64,000 nucleotides of DNA from Gammaproteobacteria bacterium (GTDB lineage: Bacteria > Pseudomonadota > Gammaproteobacteria > VBWC01). Below the pieces are notes generated by a model, which was not told the origin of the DNA, searched no databases, and saw only the letters and a program-made list of their open reading frames with translations. The stretch lies in contig JAHFRU010000007.1 in assembly GCA_023266115.1 (NCBI GenBank), positions 9,939 to 73,938 of the forward strand, read 5' to 3'. Shown in pieces: positions 9,288 to 18,089 of this stretch (position 1 is the stretch's first letter; each line of letters starts with the position of its first letter). Position numbers and translations under genes: made by a program.

Positions 9288-10442
9288 TTAAAATGCCGTG
9301 CTGACCCAGGTCCAGATCTTGTTGGTGTCCTTGTCGAAATTATCCGCGCTATAGGCGGCGAACTTGACCCCGACATCGTAATAATGCGCAAACTTTCTGG
9401 TGATGACAAAATCAAATTCCGAACCGAAGTCCGCACCGCCCGATTCCGGCGAGAAATCATGATACACGCCGAGCATGCTTAACGTCCCGATATCGGTGCC
9501 CAACGACACATAGATGTCCCGGAGTCCGTTGGCGGGCGTCACCAGAAACTTGTCGGCCCAGCCGTTGAACGCGTGCTTCGTCGCGAGCGGCGTCTGGAAG
9601 CCGTACACGCCATCTCCGCCCAGCGCCTCATAGCCGAACATGGCAGTCACACCACTGGTGTCGCCGCCGATCTCGAATGCCAAATAATCCGCGTCCGCCG
9701 ACGAGGGCGCGTCGGCATAATCGCTCTGCGTCGCCAGCTCGACGGCATAGATCAGGCTGGTCCACTGGTCATATACCTGCTTGCCACTGAAGCGGGCGCC
9801 GAAAGTGGCCGAGTCCTCCGCCGCGCCGTTCAGATCCAGCAGGTACAGATAACCGTCGACTCTGCCAACCGGCAGACCGGTATACGCAGCCTGGAAAAGA
9901 TGCGACTTCGACTCCAGCATCGCGCCGGCTACCGTATTCACGTGGGTGACAAAGGCGTAGGTCAGTTCGGTGTCGACCAGGGTCTTATTGACGGCCGACA
10001 ACGCATCAAACGTCTGCTCGTTCTGGCGCCAGCTATCGTTACCTGCAAAGCGCTGATTGCCCAGCACGATACGCTGCCGGCCGGCACGCAATACGGTGTC
10101 CTCCACGCCGTCGAACTGCACAAACGCGCGGTTGACCTCCGTCAGCGGCGGGTCCATGACAACGGCGTACGATGTTTTTCCGTTCAGTGTACTGTCGTAA
10201 CGCTCGGTACCGATGACGCTGATATCCTCGAATTCGAGCATTGCTGTAAAATCCTCGAAAGCCGCCGTGGTATAACCGAGCCGGGTGCGTAACGTCGATG
10301 CCCCGGCGTCCTTCTGAACGCCGTCCTGATTGACGTACTCGTACCGGTAGCGCAGATCGATCGCCGTCTTGCCGTCGGGATCGTCCCGGCTGCCTGCGGT
10401 GTCGTTACTGACAGCGCCGTCGTCATGCCGACGGCAAAGCAC
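9288..10442 (-). CDS. Alginate-export-family porin paralog; signal peptide lies in another frame (probable frameshift)
   Basis: 384 aa ORF with DLRYRYEYVNQDG, TPLATKHAFNGWADKF and C-terminal ...WVSTAF. The predicted leader MVTRNAFRSRKMTAGACFAVGMTTA is encoded at 10489-10410 in a different frame. Confidence 0.65.
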   Translation of the reverse strand: MLCRRHDDGAVSNDTAGSRDDPDGKTAIDLRYRYEYVNQDGVQKDAGASTLRTRLGYTTAAFEDFTAMLEFEDISVIGTERYDSTLNGKTSYAVVMDPPLTEVNRAFVQFDGVEDTVLRAGRQRIVLGNQRFAGNDSWRQNEQTFDALSAVNKTLVDTELTYAFVTHVNTVAGAMLESKSHLFQAAYTGLPVGRVDGYLYLLDLNGAAEDSATFGARFSGKQVYDQWTSLIYAVELATQSDYADAPSSADADYLAFEIGGDTSGVTAMFGYEALGGDGVYGFQTPLATKHAFNGWADKFLVTPANGLRDIYVSLGTDIGTLSMLGVYHDFSPESGGADFGSEFDFVITRKFAHYYDVGVKFAAYSADNFDKDTNKIWTWVSTAF

Positions 10443-10784
10443 GCGCCAGCGGTCATTTTCCGTGATCGAAAAGCGTTACGTGTCACCATTATCTTTGTAC
10501 TCCTGAATACAACAATCTGATTTTCAGCCAAGGCCAAGTGCGGGCATTGTGCCATTTCATGGTTTTCTCGGTCAAAACCTATTATGCGCGCTTGTTCATC
10601 GGTCTGCGACACGGTCCGGAAGCAGTAGCCCGGCTTGCGCAACAGACACCTGTTCGTTATTGAAACAGTACCGGCGTAACGAATCCGGCAGTGTTCGAAG
10701 CCGGAGCAATTCGACACCTGTGTTGATGCGCCCTGGCCGAGACCCTATAATGGAGCGCCCGCAGAATGTCCCCGGTCAACCATC

Positions 10785-12008
10785 ATGCCGCCATATTCCG
10801 AGACGTTGTTAAGTGAAGACGAGGCGCTGGAGCAATTGCTCGCCCATGCCCGACCGGTCGACACGATCGAATCCGTCCCGACCGACGCCGCGCTGGGACG
10901 GGTGCTCGCGCTCGCGCAACGGTCGTCGATCGGCGTGCCAGCAGCGGACAACAGCGCGATGGACGGTTATGCGATCCGTCACCGCGACCTGACCGCCATC
11001 CCGGCACAATTACCCGTCTCGCAACGTATCGCCGCCGGCGCCACCGGCACGCCGCTCGCAGCCGGCACGGCGGCACGCATATTCACCGGCGCAGCGATTC
11101 CGCCCGGCGCGGACGCGGTGGTGATGCAGGAGCACTGCGAGCGTCATGGCGACATCGTGACCATCAACAAACCGGTCAGCGCCGGACAAAACATCCGTCG
11201 CGCCGGCGAGGACATCAAGGCCGGCACCGCGATCCTGCCGGCCGGCATCCGGCTCGCGCCACAACATCTCGGCCTCGCCGCCTCCGTCGGCTGCGCCACA
11301 CTGCCGGTGTTTCGCCGCTTGCGCGTTGCGCTGCTGATCACGGGCGATGAACTCATTACGCCCGGCCAACCGCTGTCGCCCGGCAAGATCTACGACTCCA
11401 ACCGCTACGTCCTGACCGGCCTGCTGCGCGCATGGGGCTTCGACGTGATCGATCCCGGCATCGTGCCGGACGACTTCGATGCCGTCTGCGCCGCGCTGCG
11501 CGACGCCGCCGCCCATGCGGACGTCATCATCAGCAGCGGCGGCGTCTCGGTCGGCGAGGAAGATCACGTGCGTAATGCGATTGAAGCCATCGGCACGCTG
11601 CAACTGTGGCGCATCGCGATCAAACCCGGCAAACCGCTCGCGTTCGGGCGCATTGCTGAAACACCGGTCATCGGCCTGCCAGGCAATCCGGTGTCCGTAT
11701 TCGTCACCGGCTGTTTATACGCGCGGCCGTACCTGTTGCGCCGTCAGGGCATCACCGACGTGCTGCCGCGTTTCCTGAGCGTGCGCGCCGCATTCAAACG
11801 CGACCGCCCCGACACGCGCCGTGAATACCTGCGCGCGCGCCTCACCGGTGACGGCGCAGCGATGGTCGCGGAAATCTATAAACATCAGGGATCAGGCGTA
11901 CTCAGCTCAACAACGTGGGCCGATGGCTTCGTGCGCGTCCCGGAGAACCAGACGGTAACGGAAGGACAGATGGTGGATTACGTGCCGTTCAGTACGCTGT
12001 TGCAGTAA
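10785..12008 (+). CDS. moeA: Molybdopterin molybdenumtransferase MoeA
   Basis: 407 aa with full-length MoeA-like sequence (...NSAMDGYA..., ...SGGVSVGEEDH..., ...GLPGNPVS...). Confidence 0.92.
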   Translation: MPPYSETLLSEDEALEQLLAHARPVDTIESVPTDAALGRVLALAQRSSIGVPAADNSAMDGYAIRHRDLTAIPAQLPVSQRIAAGATGTPLAAGTAARIFTGAAIPPGADAVVMQEHCERHGDIVTINKPVSAGQNIRRAGEDIKAGTAILPAGIRLAPQHLGLAASVGCATLPVFRRLRVALLITGDELITPGQPLSPGKIYDSNRYVLTGLLRAWGFDVIDPGIVPDDFDAVCAALRDAAAHADVIISSGGVSVGEEDHVRNAIEAIGTLQLWRIAIKPGKPLAFGRIAETPVIGLPGNPVSVFVTGCLYARPYLLRRQGITDVLPRFLSVRAAFKRDRPDTRREYLRARLTGDGAAMVAEIYKHQGSGVLSSTTWADGFVRVPENQTVTEGQMVDYVPFSTLLQ

Positions 12009-12079
12009 CGCTTCCGCCGGCGCGCGCCCGGTATATTTTTCGCGGTAAACACAAGATCAGGAACAAAAGGACTGCGAAC

Positions 12080-13744
12080 ATGGAAAAACTGTTAACCAGC
12101 CTGACCGGCTATCGTGAACTCGCCGTCATCGGCGCCGAAATCGGCGCGTTGGTGCTGGTTTTTCTGTTGCTGTTCCTGGCGATCAGGCTGCTCCTTGGCC
12201 GCATTCACGTTATACCCCGGTTCAGCACATATGCGCCGCGCGCCAGGGCGTTGCAGCGCGCCAGCAACTGGCTGTTGTTTCTCACGTTGCTGATGGTATG
12301 TTTGCTGGTGGTCGCCGGTAATGGCTATCTGATCTATCAGGGGCAGGATATTTACGAGATGGCCCGCGCGTGGCTCGCGAATCTGCCGCCGGACTCCGTG
12401 CAGTCGGCGGCGCTCGCCGTGGCCAAAGTCATCGGCCTGGCGATAGCGGCTGGCCTCGTCATCCGGTTCGTGCGGCGCCTGCTCGGCAATATCAAAATGC
12501 GCGCCCTCGCCTATGAGCGCATCCGGTCCAACGACGCCAGCATCGAGCGGTTCTTCTCTCTGCTGGCGCGCAGTCTGGGCAACGGTGCATGGTTGCTGGT
12601 AATCATCGTCGCCGCGCGTCTGTTGTCGCTGCCGCCCGCGATACCGAACGGCCTGACCGTCGCGCTGAAGATCTACCTGCTGGTCAATGCCGGCCTGTTA
12701 ATGGTGACCGCCGTATCGGCCATAGTCGACAGTCTCGACGCACTGAGCGTGCGCTACGCAAGGCCGGAAAACTGGCTCGGCAAGTATGAACGGCTGCGCA
12801 TGCTGATACCGCTGCTGCGGCGCAGCCTCGAGTACATTATTTATGTGGTGGTCGCCAGCCTGGTAATGCTGCAGCTGGAGCTCAGCGCCGAATACTCCAA
12901 ATACGGCCCGGGCGTGGTGCAGGCCATCGGCATTATCTTCCTGGCGCGTGTCGCGGTGGAGCTGGTGCATCTGCTGGTCGACAAGTCCATGGCCATGCCC
13001 GACGACGTCAGCATCGCCGAGCAGCAGCGGCACATGACCATTACTCCTATCATCAAGAATCTGCTGAAGTACGGCGTCTACTTCGTCGCCTTCGTGCTGG
13101 TCCTCGGCGCGCTGAACCTTAATCCGTGGCCGCTGCTCGCCGGCGCCGGCATCGTCGGTGTCGTCATCGGCCTCGGCGCCCAGCCGCTCATCAACGACAT
13201 CGTCTCGGGGTTTTTCATCCTGTTCGAGAATCTGTATCTGGTCGGCGACTACGTCGAGACCGGCACGGGGCGCGGCATCGTGGAGGCGATCGAGATGCGC
13301 ACCACGCGTATCCGCGATCCCAACGGGCAGTTGCACATCATCCGTAACGGCCAGCTGGGGAACGTCGTGAATTTCTCCAAGGGATACACCAACGCCGTCG
13401 TCGAAGTCAGCGTTTCCTACGACGCCAATCTCGATCAGGTCTTTCAGGTGCTGCGCCAGGCAGGCGAGGAGTTGAAACAGGGCAATCGCGACGTACTGGC
13501 ATCGACCGAGGTCGATGGCCTGCAGCGCTTCAACGAATCCGACCTGTTGATCCGAACCGTCACCCGGGTAAAGCCGGGGCGCCACGGCGCCGTGGCGCGC
13601 GACTATCGCAAACTGATCAAGGAGGCCTTCGACCGCGAAGGCATCGAGATACCGTTCGCGCGGCGCGTGGTCATACTCAAGACCGACACCGCCGCCGGCG
13701 ACGAACCCGTCGCCTCATCCCCGGCAGTGACCGGGCCGAACTAG
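12080..13744 (+). CDS. Mechanosensitive ion channel (MscS family, large multi-TM form)
   Basis: MscS core GAQPLINDIVSGFFILFENLYLVGDYVE...IRDPNGQLHIIRNG preceded by several TM helices. The ATG at 12080 follows the moeA stop. The ORF-track start at 11915 overlaps moeA. Confidence 0.88.
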   Translation: MEKLLTSLTGYRELAVIGAEIGALVLVFLLLFLAIRLLLGRIHVIPRFSTYAPRARALQRASNWLLFLTLLMVCLLVVAGNGYLIYQGQDIYEMARAWLANLPPDSVQSAALAVAKVIGLAIAAGLVIRFVRRLLGNIKMRALAYERIRSNDASIERFFSLLARSLGNGAWLLVIIVAARLLSLPPAIPNGLTVALKIYLLVNAGLLMVTAVSAIVDSLDALSVRYARPENWLGKYERLRMLIPLLRRSLEYIIYVVVASLVMLQLELSAEYSKYGPGVVQAIGIIFLARVAVELVHLLVDKSMAMPDDVSIAEQQRHMTITPIIKNLLKYGVYFVAFVLVLGALNLNPWPLLAGAGIVGVVIGLGAQPLINDIVSGFFILFENLYLVGDYVETGTGRGIVEAIEMRTTRIRDPNGQLHIIRNGQLGNVVNFSKGYTNAVVEVSVSYDANLDQVFQVLRQAGEELKQGNRDVLASTEVDGLQRFNESDLLIRTVTRVKPGRHGAVARDYRKLIKEAFDREGIEIPFARRVVILKTDTAAGDEPVASSPAVTGPN

Positions 13745-13838
13745 CCCCGCGTTTTGCAATGCCAACGTCGCCAGCGGTCAACAACGCAGCGCGCCTTCCG
13801 ACGGCCCGGGCGCCGCAAGAAACACCTCAAGCCGGGCG

Positions 13839-14014
13839 GCCTGCGTTGCAAGTGAAGGGGGGTGATTCGGTCAGAATGGTGCGTTCCTGCGGAGCGTTAC
13901 CCGGTTAGAGTAACGATTCTGAAATTAAAATGCGGCTTCTAACGCGCGAAGCCACGCCGGTTATGGCCGGTATCGTTTTGTTACCAGATGATTAACCTGG
14001 TCCGGCCCCGAACC
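13839..14014 (+). repeat. Repeat element copy A (family ABC, ~130-180 bp, function unknown)
   Basis: Aligns almost end to end with 16572-16749. Shared blocks are gcctgcg.tgcaa.tgaagggg, gatggtgcgttcc, gttacccggttagagtaacgattctgaaattaaaatgcggc, ttatggccggtatcgttttgttaccagatgattaac and gtccg.ccccg.acc. It aligns more loosely with 15409-15533. Confidence 0.75.
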
Positions 14015-14154
14015 TGCCGGACCGCGAGAAAGTTCTGCGCCCGGTCAAGGTATCCGATGATCAGCTCAGATAGCGCCGCCTGGTTCCAGATTCTTGAATA
14101 CGGGGCAACGCCAGTAAGACGAAGATCAATCTACATTATCAGCAACCGGAGTCG

Positions 14155-14583
14155 CTACTTCTTCGCCACTGGCCCCTGTGCGTCAACCAGTTTCAACAAC
14201 TCTTCCGTGACCTTGATCAATTCGTTCAACAACTGCATCGGGATTTCCAGATGCCCTTCATACTCCGCCAGGTTGCGCTGCTTGTGGCACTGATCCAGCA
14301 CCCGCCACTTCGCTTTGTCCATACCAACGGTATGTTCCAGACATTGAAATACGAGATAGCGCTTTTCTGACCGATAGCCGTGCCAACGCATCGCCGCCAG
14401 AGCCAGCGAGTGCGCAGCACTATAGGCCAGAAAGAAACGGCCGTCATCGGATATACCCTTGACCCCGGCATCGCGCAGCTTGTTTCTTGCCGAGCGCACC
14501 ATGCCGTCAAACTCGGCCTGATCCGGTGGTTCAACCTTGAGCTGGCCGATCTTTACCAGATTATCGAGATTTCTTGATGCCAC
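14155..14583 (-). CDS. HEPN-domain toxin of an MNT/HEPN toxin-antitoxin pair
   Basis: 142 aa helical protein overlapping the upstream nucleotidyltransferase gene by 23 bp. Contains a HKQRNLAEYEGH region. AT-richer than its surroundings. Confidence 0.7.
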   Translation of the reverse strand: MASRNLDNLVKIGQLKVEPPDQAEFDGMVRSARNKLRDAGVKGISDDGRFFLAYSAAHSLALAAMRWHGYRSEKRYLVFQCLEHTVGMDKAKWRVLDQCHKQRNLAEYEGHLEIPMQLLNELIKVTEELLKLVDAQGPVAKK

Positions 14584-15160
14584 TCGCGGAACCTTTAATC
14601 CACAACTTCGGTTGCTTCATTATCTTTGACACAAACGCATTCCCGTCACGCCACTTGCGCTTGAACTGGGCCATATCATAAACGGAAGGGTTAACAGGCC
14701 GGCCCAACAACTCCTCCGCTACCAATAACACGCCCATCAAGTCCGAGTACGCCAGTTGATCGGTAATCACCAGCAAATCGATATCGCTGCTTGCCGTCAT
14801 ACTACCCCTGGCGACCGAGCCGTACACAAACGCCAGATCGATTTTGTCGACCAATGGCTCCAGGACAAACTGGAGCACACCCACAACACCAAACGTCTTG
14901 CGCACGATGACGAGTAGCTCGGCGTAGATTGGACAGTCAGCATTCGCCTGGTAATGGTTCTGGTTGCCGATGCGCTCAACGGTTACCAGGCCTGCCGCCT
15001 GCATTCTTTCCAGTTCGCGTTTGATCGTGCCCTTTCCCACGTTCGCCAGGCGAACAATCTCGTTCAAATAGAATGTTTCTCCGGGCCGTCCGTACAACAG
15101 GCCAAGCAGCTTCTGCTGGGTTTTGGTAAACAGCGCGTCGCCTAAGGAAATCGTGTCCAA
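14561..15160 (-). CDS. wHTH + minimal nucleotidyltransferase (MNT) antitoxin
   Basis: 199 aa. N-terminal winged-helix region (LNEIVRLANVGKGTIKRELERMQAAGLV) and an NTase motif YGSVARG...SDIDLLV. Confidence 0.75.
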   Translation of the reverse strand: MDTISLGDALFTKTQQKLLGLLYGRPGETFYLNEIVRLANVGKGTIKRELERMQAAGLVTVERIGNQNHYQANADCPIYAELLVIVRKTFGVVGVLQFVLEPLVDKIDLAFVYGSVARGSMTASSDIDLLVITDQLAYSDLMGVLLVAEELLGRPVNPSVYDMAQFKRKWRDGNAFVSKIMKQPKLWIKGSASGIKKSR

Positions 15161-15408
15161 TACTGTCTCCGGATAAGTCCCAATATGGGTACTTTAGGTC
15201 CCTTATCAGGACTTTTCAAGCCGGAAATCATCGGCGCTCAGCATAATCAGGATGCGACGAAACTGAATACCGGGAACCGCATCGGTTGCGAACGCAGCGG
15301 TTCGTCCGGTGCCGCGTAACCACCCTCCTGCTCATTAAACATCAGCGACAGTCACTCAGACGGCTGCACCATGTCCGGCAAACAGGCGATCGCAAACAGG
15401 AATCCGGT

Positions 15409-15533
15409 GCAGCGTTACTCTATAATAGAACAACGATTCTGACCTTGAATCGCGGCTTCTAAAGTCAGAATGGACCCTGATTATGGTCTGTTTATGCTGG
15501 TTTTCAAGTAATTAGCCTAGTCCGACCCCGGAC
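15409..15533 (+). repeat. Repeat element copy B (diverged member of family ABC)
   Basis: Shares agcgttac, aacgattctga, gcggcttctaa, ttatgg and gtccgaccccggac with copies A and C, in the same order and orientation. Confidence 0.6.
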
Positions 15534-15542
15534 AAGCTTCAT

Positions 15543-15590
15543 GAAGGACAAATGGTGGATTACGTGCCGTTCAGTGTGCTGCTGCAATAA
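15543..15590 (+). pseudogene. Duplicated 3' end of moeA (48 bp remnant including stop codon)
   Basis: 43 of 48 nt are identical to 11961-12008. It would encode EGQMVDYVPFSVLLQ* versus EGQMVDYVPFSTLLQ* in moeA. Confidence 0.85.
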
Positions 15591-15597
15591 TTATCGC

Positions 15598-15870
15598 CGT
15601 CATTCCGGCTGAAGCGGCTCACCGAAACACACACCGTCATCCCGGCCAAGCGAGCGGAGTGAGCGCGAGCCGGGATCCAGCCCGTAACGGAGTCGATGTA
15701 CTGCACCCATAACGCGGGCCGTTCGTAATCTGAGAGACTGGATTCCGGGTCGTCGCTACGCTCTGCCCGGAATGACAGACTCGGGAAAACGTTATCCCGG
15801 CTAAACGAGCGGACATGCCCGATGCAGTCCGTCATCCCGGCCGGGCAAGCGGACATGCCCGACGAAGCGG
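15598..15870. repeat. Cluster of R1-type palindromic repeats
   Basis: gtcatcccggccaagcgagcggagtgagcgcgagccgggatccag...cgtaatctgagagactggattccggg...cccggaatgac is co-linear with the copies at 49251-49378 and 38215-38334. Confidence 0.75.
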
Positions 15871-15967
15871 CCAAGCAAATGCGGCCACGCCGCGATCATC
15901 CCGACAAATGTGATACGGTTGATTGCCAGATGATCCGTCCCTTCATGAACAGCCACTATCTATTCCC

Positions 15968-16471
15968 ATGTCACGATACCGACCACCCCAACCCGCAAGC
16001 GCTGCCTACATCACACCCGAGGGCTACAAGGCCCTGGAGGAGGAACTGCAAGGCATCTGGAAACGTCGAGCAACGGTGACCGCCGCGTTGACCGCGGCAG
16101 CCGCCGAAGGGGATCGCTCGGAAAACGCGGAATATATCTATCGAAAAAAAGAACTTCGCGAGCTTGACCGGCGCATTAAATACTTACAAAAACGTCTGCC
16201 TGCCCTTACCCAGGTAAACCAAACCCCGACCGATAAAAATAAAATCTATTTTGGCGCCTGGGTGCGACTGGCGGATAGCGACGGCAACGAAACCGTCTAT
16301 CGTATCGTTGGCCCGGATGAGACCAACGCTAAGAAGGGATACATCAGTATGGATTCCCCTTTAGCGAAGTCACTCATGAAAAAAACCGTGGATGATGAAA
16401 TTCAGGTACAGACACCGGGTGGCAGAATAATAGTTTGCGTGCTTGAAGTGAGTTACTCGGCCATTGCGTAG
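15968..16471 (+). CDS. greB: Transcription elongation factor GreB
   Basis: 167 aa, co-linear with E. coli GreB as I recall it (ITPEGYKALEEEL..., GDRSENAEYIYRKKELRELDRRI, YFGAWV, YISMDSPLAKSLMKK). Confidence 0.9.
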   Translation: MSRYRPPQPASAAYITPEGYKALEEELQGIWKRRATVTAALTAAAAEGDRSENAEYIYRKKELRELDRRIKYLQKRLPALTQVNQTPTDKNKIYFGAWVRLADSDGNETVYRIVGPDETNAKKGYISMDSPLAKSLMKKTVDDEIQVQTPGGRIIVCVLEVSYSAIA

Positions 16472-16571
16472 CCGCTCGTCTTTGAGCCCGGCCAGCAGAC
16501 ATTAGTGGCACTAAACCACTGCTGTCCCCACCGGCCGCTCGGGGGCGGCCAGAAACGCGGCGAGGCGGAAT

Positions 16572-16749
16572 GCCTGCGCTGCAATTGAAGGGGGTGCTGA
16601 TTCAGTCATGATGGTGCGTTCCCATGAATCGTTACCCGGTTAGAGTAACGATTCTGAAATTAAAATGCGGCGCCTAACGCGCGAATCCTCGCTGATTATG
16701 GCCGGTATCGTTTTGTTACCAGATGATTAACGCGGTCCGACCCCGCACC
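16572..16749 (+). repeat. Repeat element copy C (family ABC)
   Basis: Close copy of 13839-14014, located just downstream of greB. Confidence 0.75.
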
Positions 16750-16793
16750 TCGCGCCGCATTCCCCGGCGGCCGTTCCCGACACCGCCCCGTCC

Positions 16794-17873
16794 CTATCCA
16801 TTCAGCGTCGGATAATCGGTATACCCCTTGGGCCCCGGCGTGTAGAACGTCGCACTGTCCGGCGTGTTCAACGCCGCGCCGGTCTTCCACCGTGTCACCA
16901 TATCCGGGTTGGCGAGCATCGGCCGCCCGACGGCGATCAGATCACACTTGCCCGCGGCGAGATCGCTCTCGGCGCGCGCGGCATCGTAACCGCCGGACAG
17001 TATCAGTGTGCGCTTGAACGTTTGGCGAAACGTCGCCTTCATCGACGCCGGCACCGGCGGCGCGCCCTGCGGCGAGTGATCGACAAGGTGGATATACAGC
17101 AGCCCGCGCGCATTGAGCTGTTGCGCCAGATACGTGTAGTCCGCTTCCATCTCCGGGTGCAGCGGCATGTCGTTGAACACCCCGAACGGCGACAGACGTA
17201 TGCCGACCCTGTCCTTGCCGATCGCGGCGATCACCGCCTCGGCCACTTCCAGTACAAAGCGCGCGCGGTTCCCGATAGCCCCGCCGTAACGGTCCGTGCG
17301 CTGATTCGAATTCGGGCGGATGAATTGCTCCAGTAGATACCCGTTCGCGCTGTGCAGTTCGATGCCGTCAAATCCCGCTGTCATCGCGTTCTTCGCGGCC
17401 TGCGCATATTCCGCGATCGTCGCCTTGATGTCCGCCTCCGTCATCGCCTGCGGCACGGGATGCGGCTGCAGGCCCTTGGCATCCGTATACATCTGCCCGG
17501 CGGCCGCGACCGCCGAAGGCGCCAGCACACGCGCGCCCGCGGGCAGATTAAGCGGATGCGCAATACGCCCGCAGTGCATGAACTGCACAAACATCTTCGC
17601 CCCCTGCGCATGCACCCCGTCGGTAACCGCCTTCCACCCCTTCACCTGCGCCGGCGAAAACATCCCCGGAATCCGCGGATACCCGAGACCGTTCGGCGAC
17701 GGCGACGTGCCTTCGGTGATGATCAGCCCCACCGACGCCCGCTGCGCGTAGTACTGCGCCATCAGCGCGTTGGGAATATTGTCCGTCGCACGGTTACGCG
17801 TCAGCGGACACATGACGAGGCGATTCTGTAATTTCAGTGGTCCAAGAACAGTTGCGGAAAACAACAGTGACAT
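16794..17873 (-). CDS. Old-yellow-enzyme family NADH:flavin oxidoreductase (alkene/N-ethylmaleimide reductase-like)
   Basis: OYE-type sequence (LKLQNRLVMCPLTRNRA, HSANGYLLEQF, RTDRYGG). The ATG at 17873 has GGAGGA upstream. Confidence 0.88.
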   Translation of the reverse strand: MSLLFSATVLGPLKLQNRLVMCPLTRNRATDNIPNALMAQYYAQRASVGLIITEGTSPSPNGLGYPRIPGMFSPAQVKGWKAVTDGVHAQGAKMFVQFMHCGRIAHPLNLPAGARVLAPSAVAAAGQMYTDAKGLQPHPVPQAMTEADIKATIAEYAQAAKNAMTAGFDGIELHSANGYLLEQFIRPNSNQRTDRYGGAIGNRARFVLEVAEAVIAAIGKDRVGIRLSPFGVFNDMPLHPEMEADYTYLAQQLNARGLLYIHLVDHSPQGAPPVPASMKATFRQTFKRTLILSGGYDAARAESDLAAGKCDLIAVGRPMLANPDMVTRWKTGAALNTPDSATFYTPGPKGYTDYPTLNG

Positions 17874-18089
17874 TGACGATCCTCCATGAGCGCGCATATG
17901 AAGCGAGGTTTTTAGGCTGGTTTTAAAAAATCGAGCCAGCCCATTTAATTCATTTTATGCTCAAAGGCTTCAACACAAACCAGCCGCCCTTGAGATTGCG
18001 TAGCAGTACCCACTCTCCTTTCTTATCCTTAAAGGGTAACGCTGGAGCGCCAGCCAACAAACGCCTTTCACATGCTGAGTGACCGGTCG

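Noticed and set aside
15161-15230. Possible operator (GGATAAGTCC ... CTTATCAGGACTT) upstream of the MNT antitoxin gene.
   Set aside because: The half-sites are permuted rather than forming a clean inverted or direct repeat, which is too weak to call.
13839-16749. Hypothesis that the A/B/C elements are integron attC sites (copy C contains GCCTAAC, a canonical inverse-core sequence).
   Set aside because: I found no matching GTTRRRY core at an appropriate distance on either strand. The flanked genes have mixed orientation, and no intI is in the window. I kept this only as something to test, not as a call.
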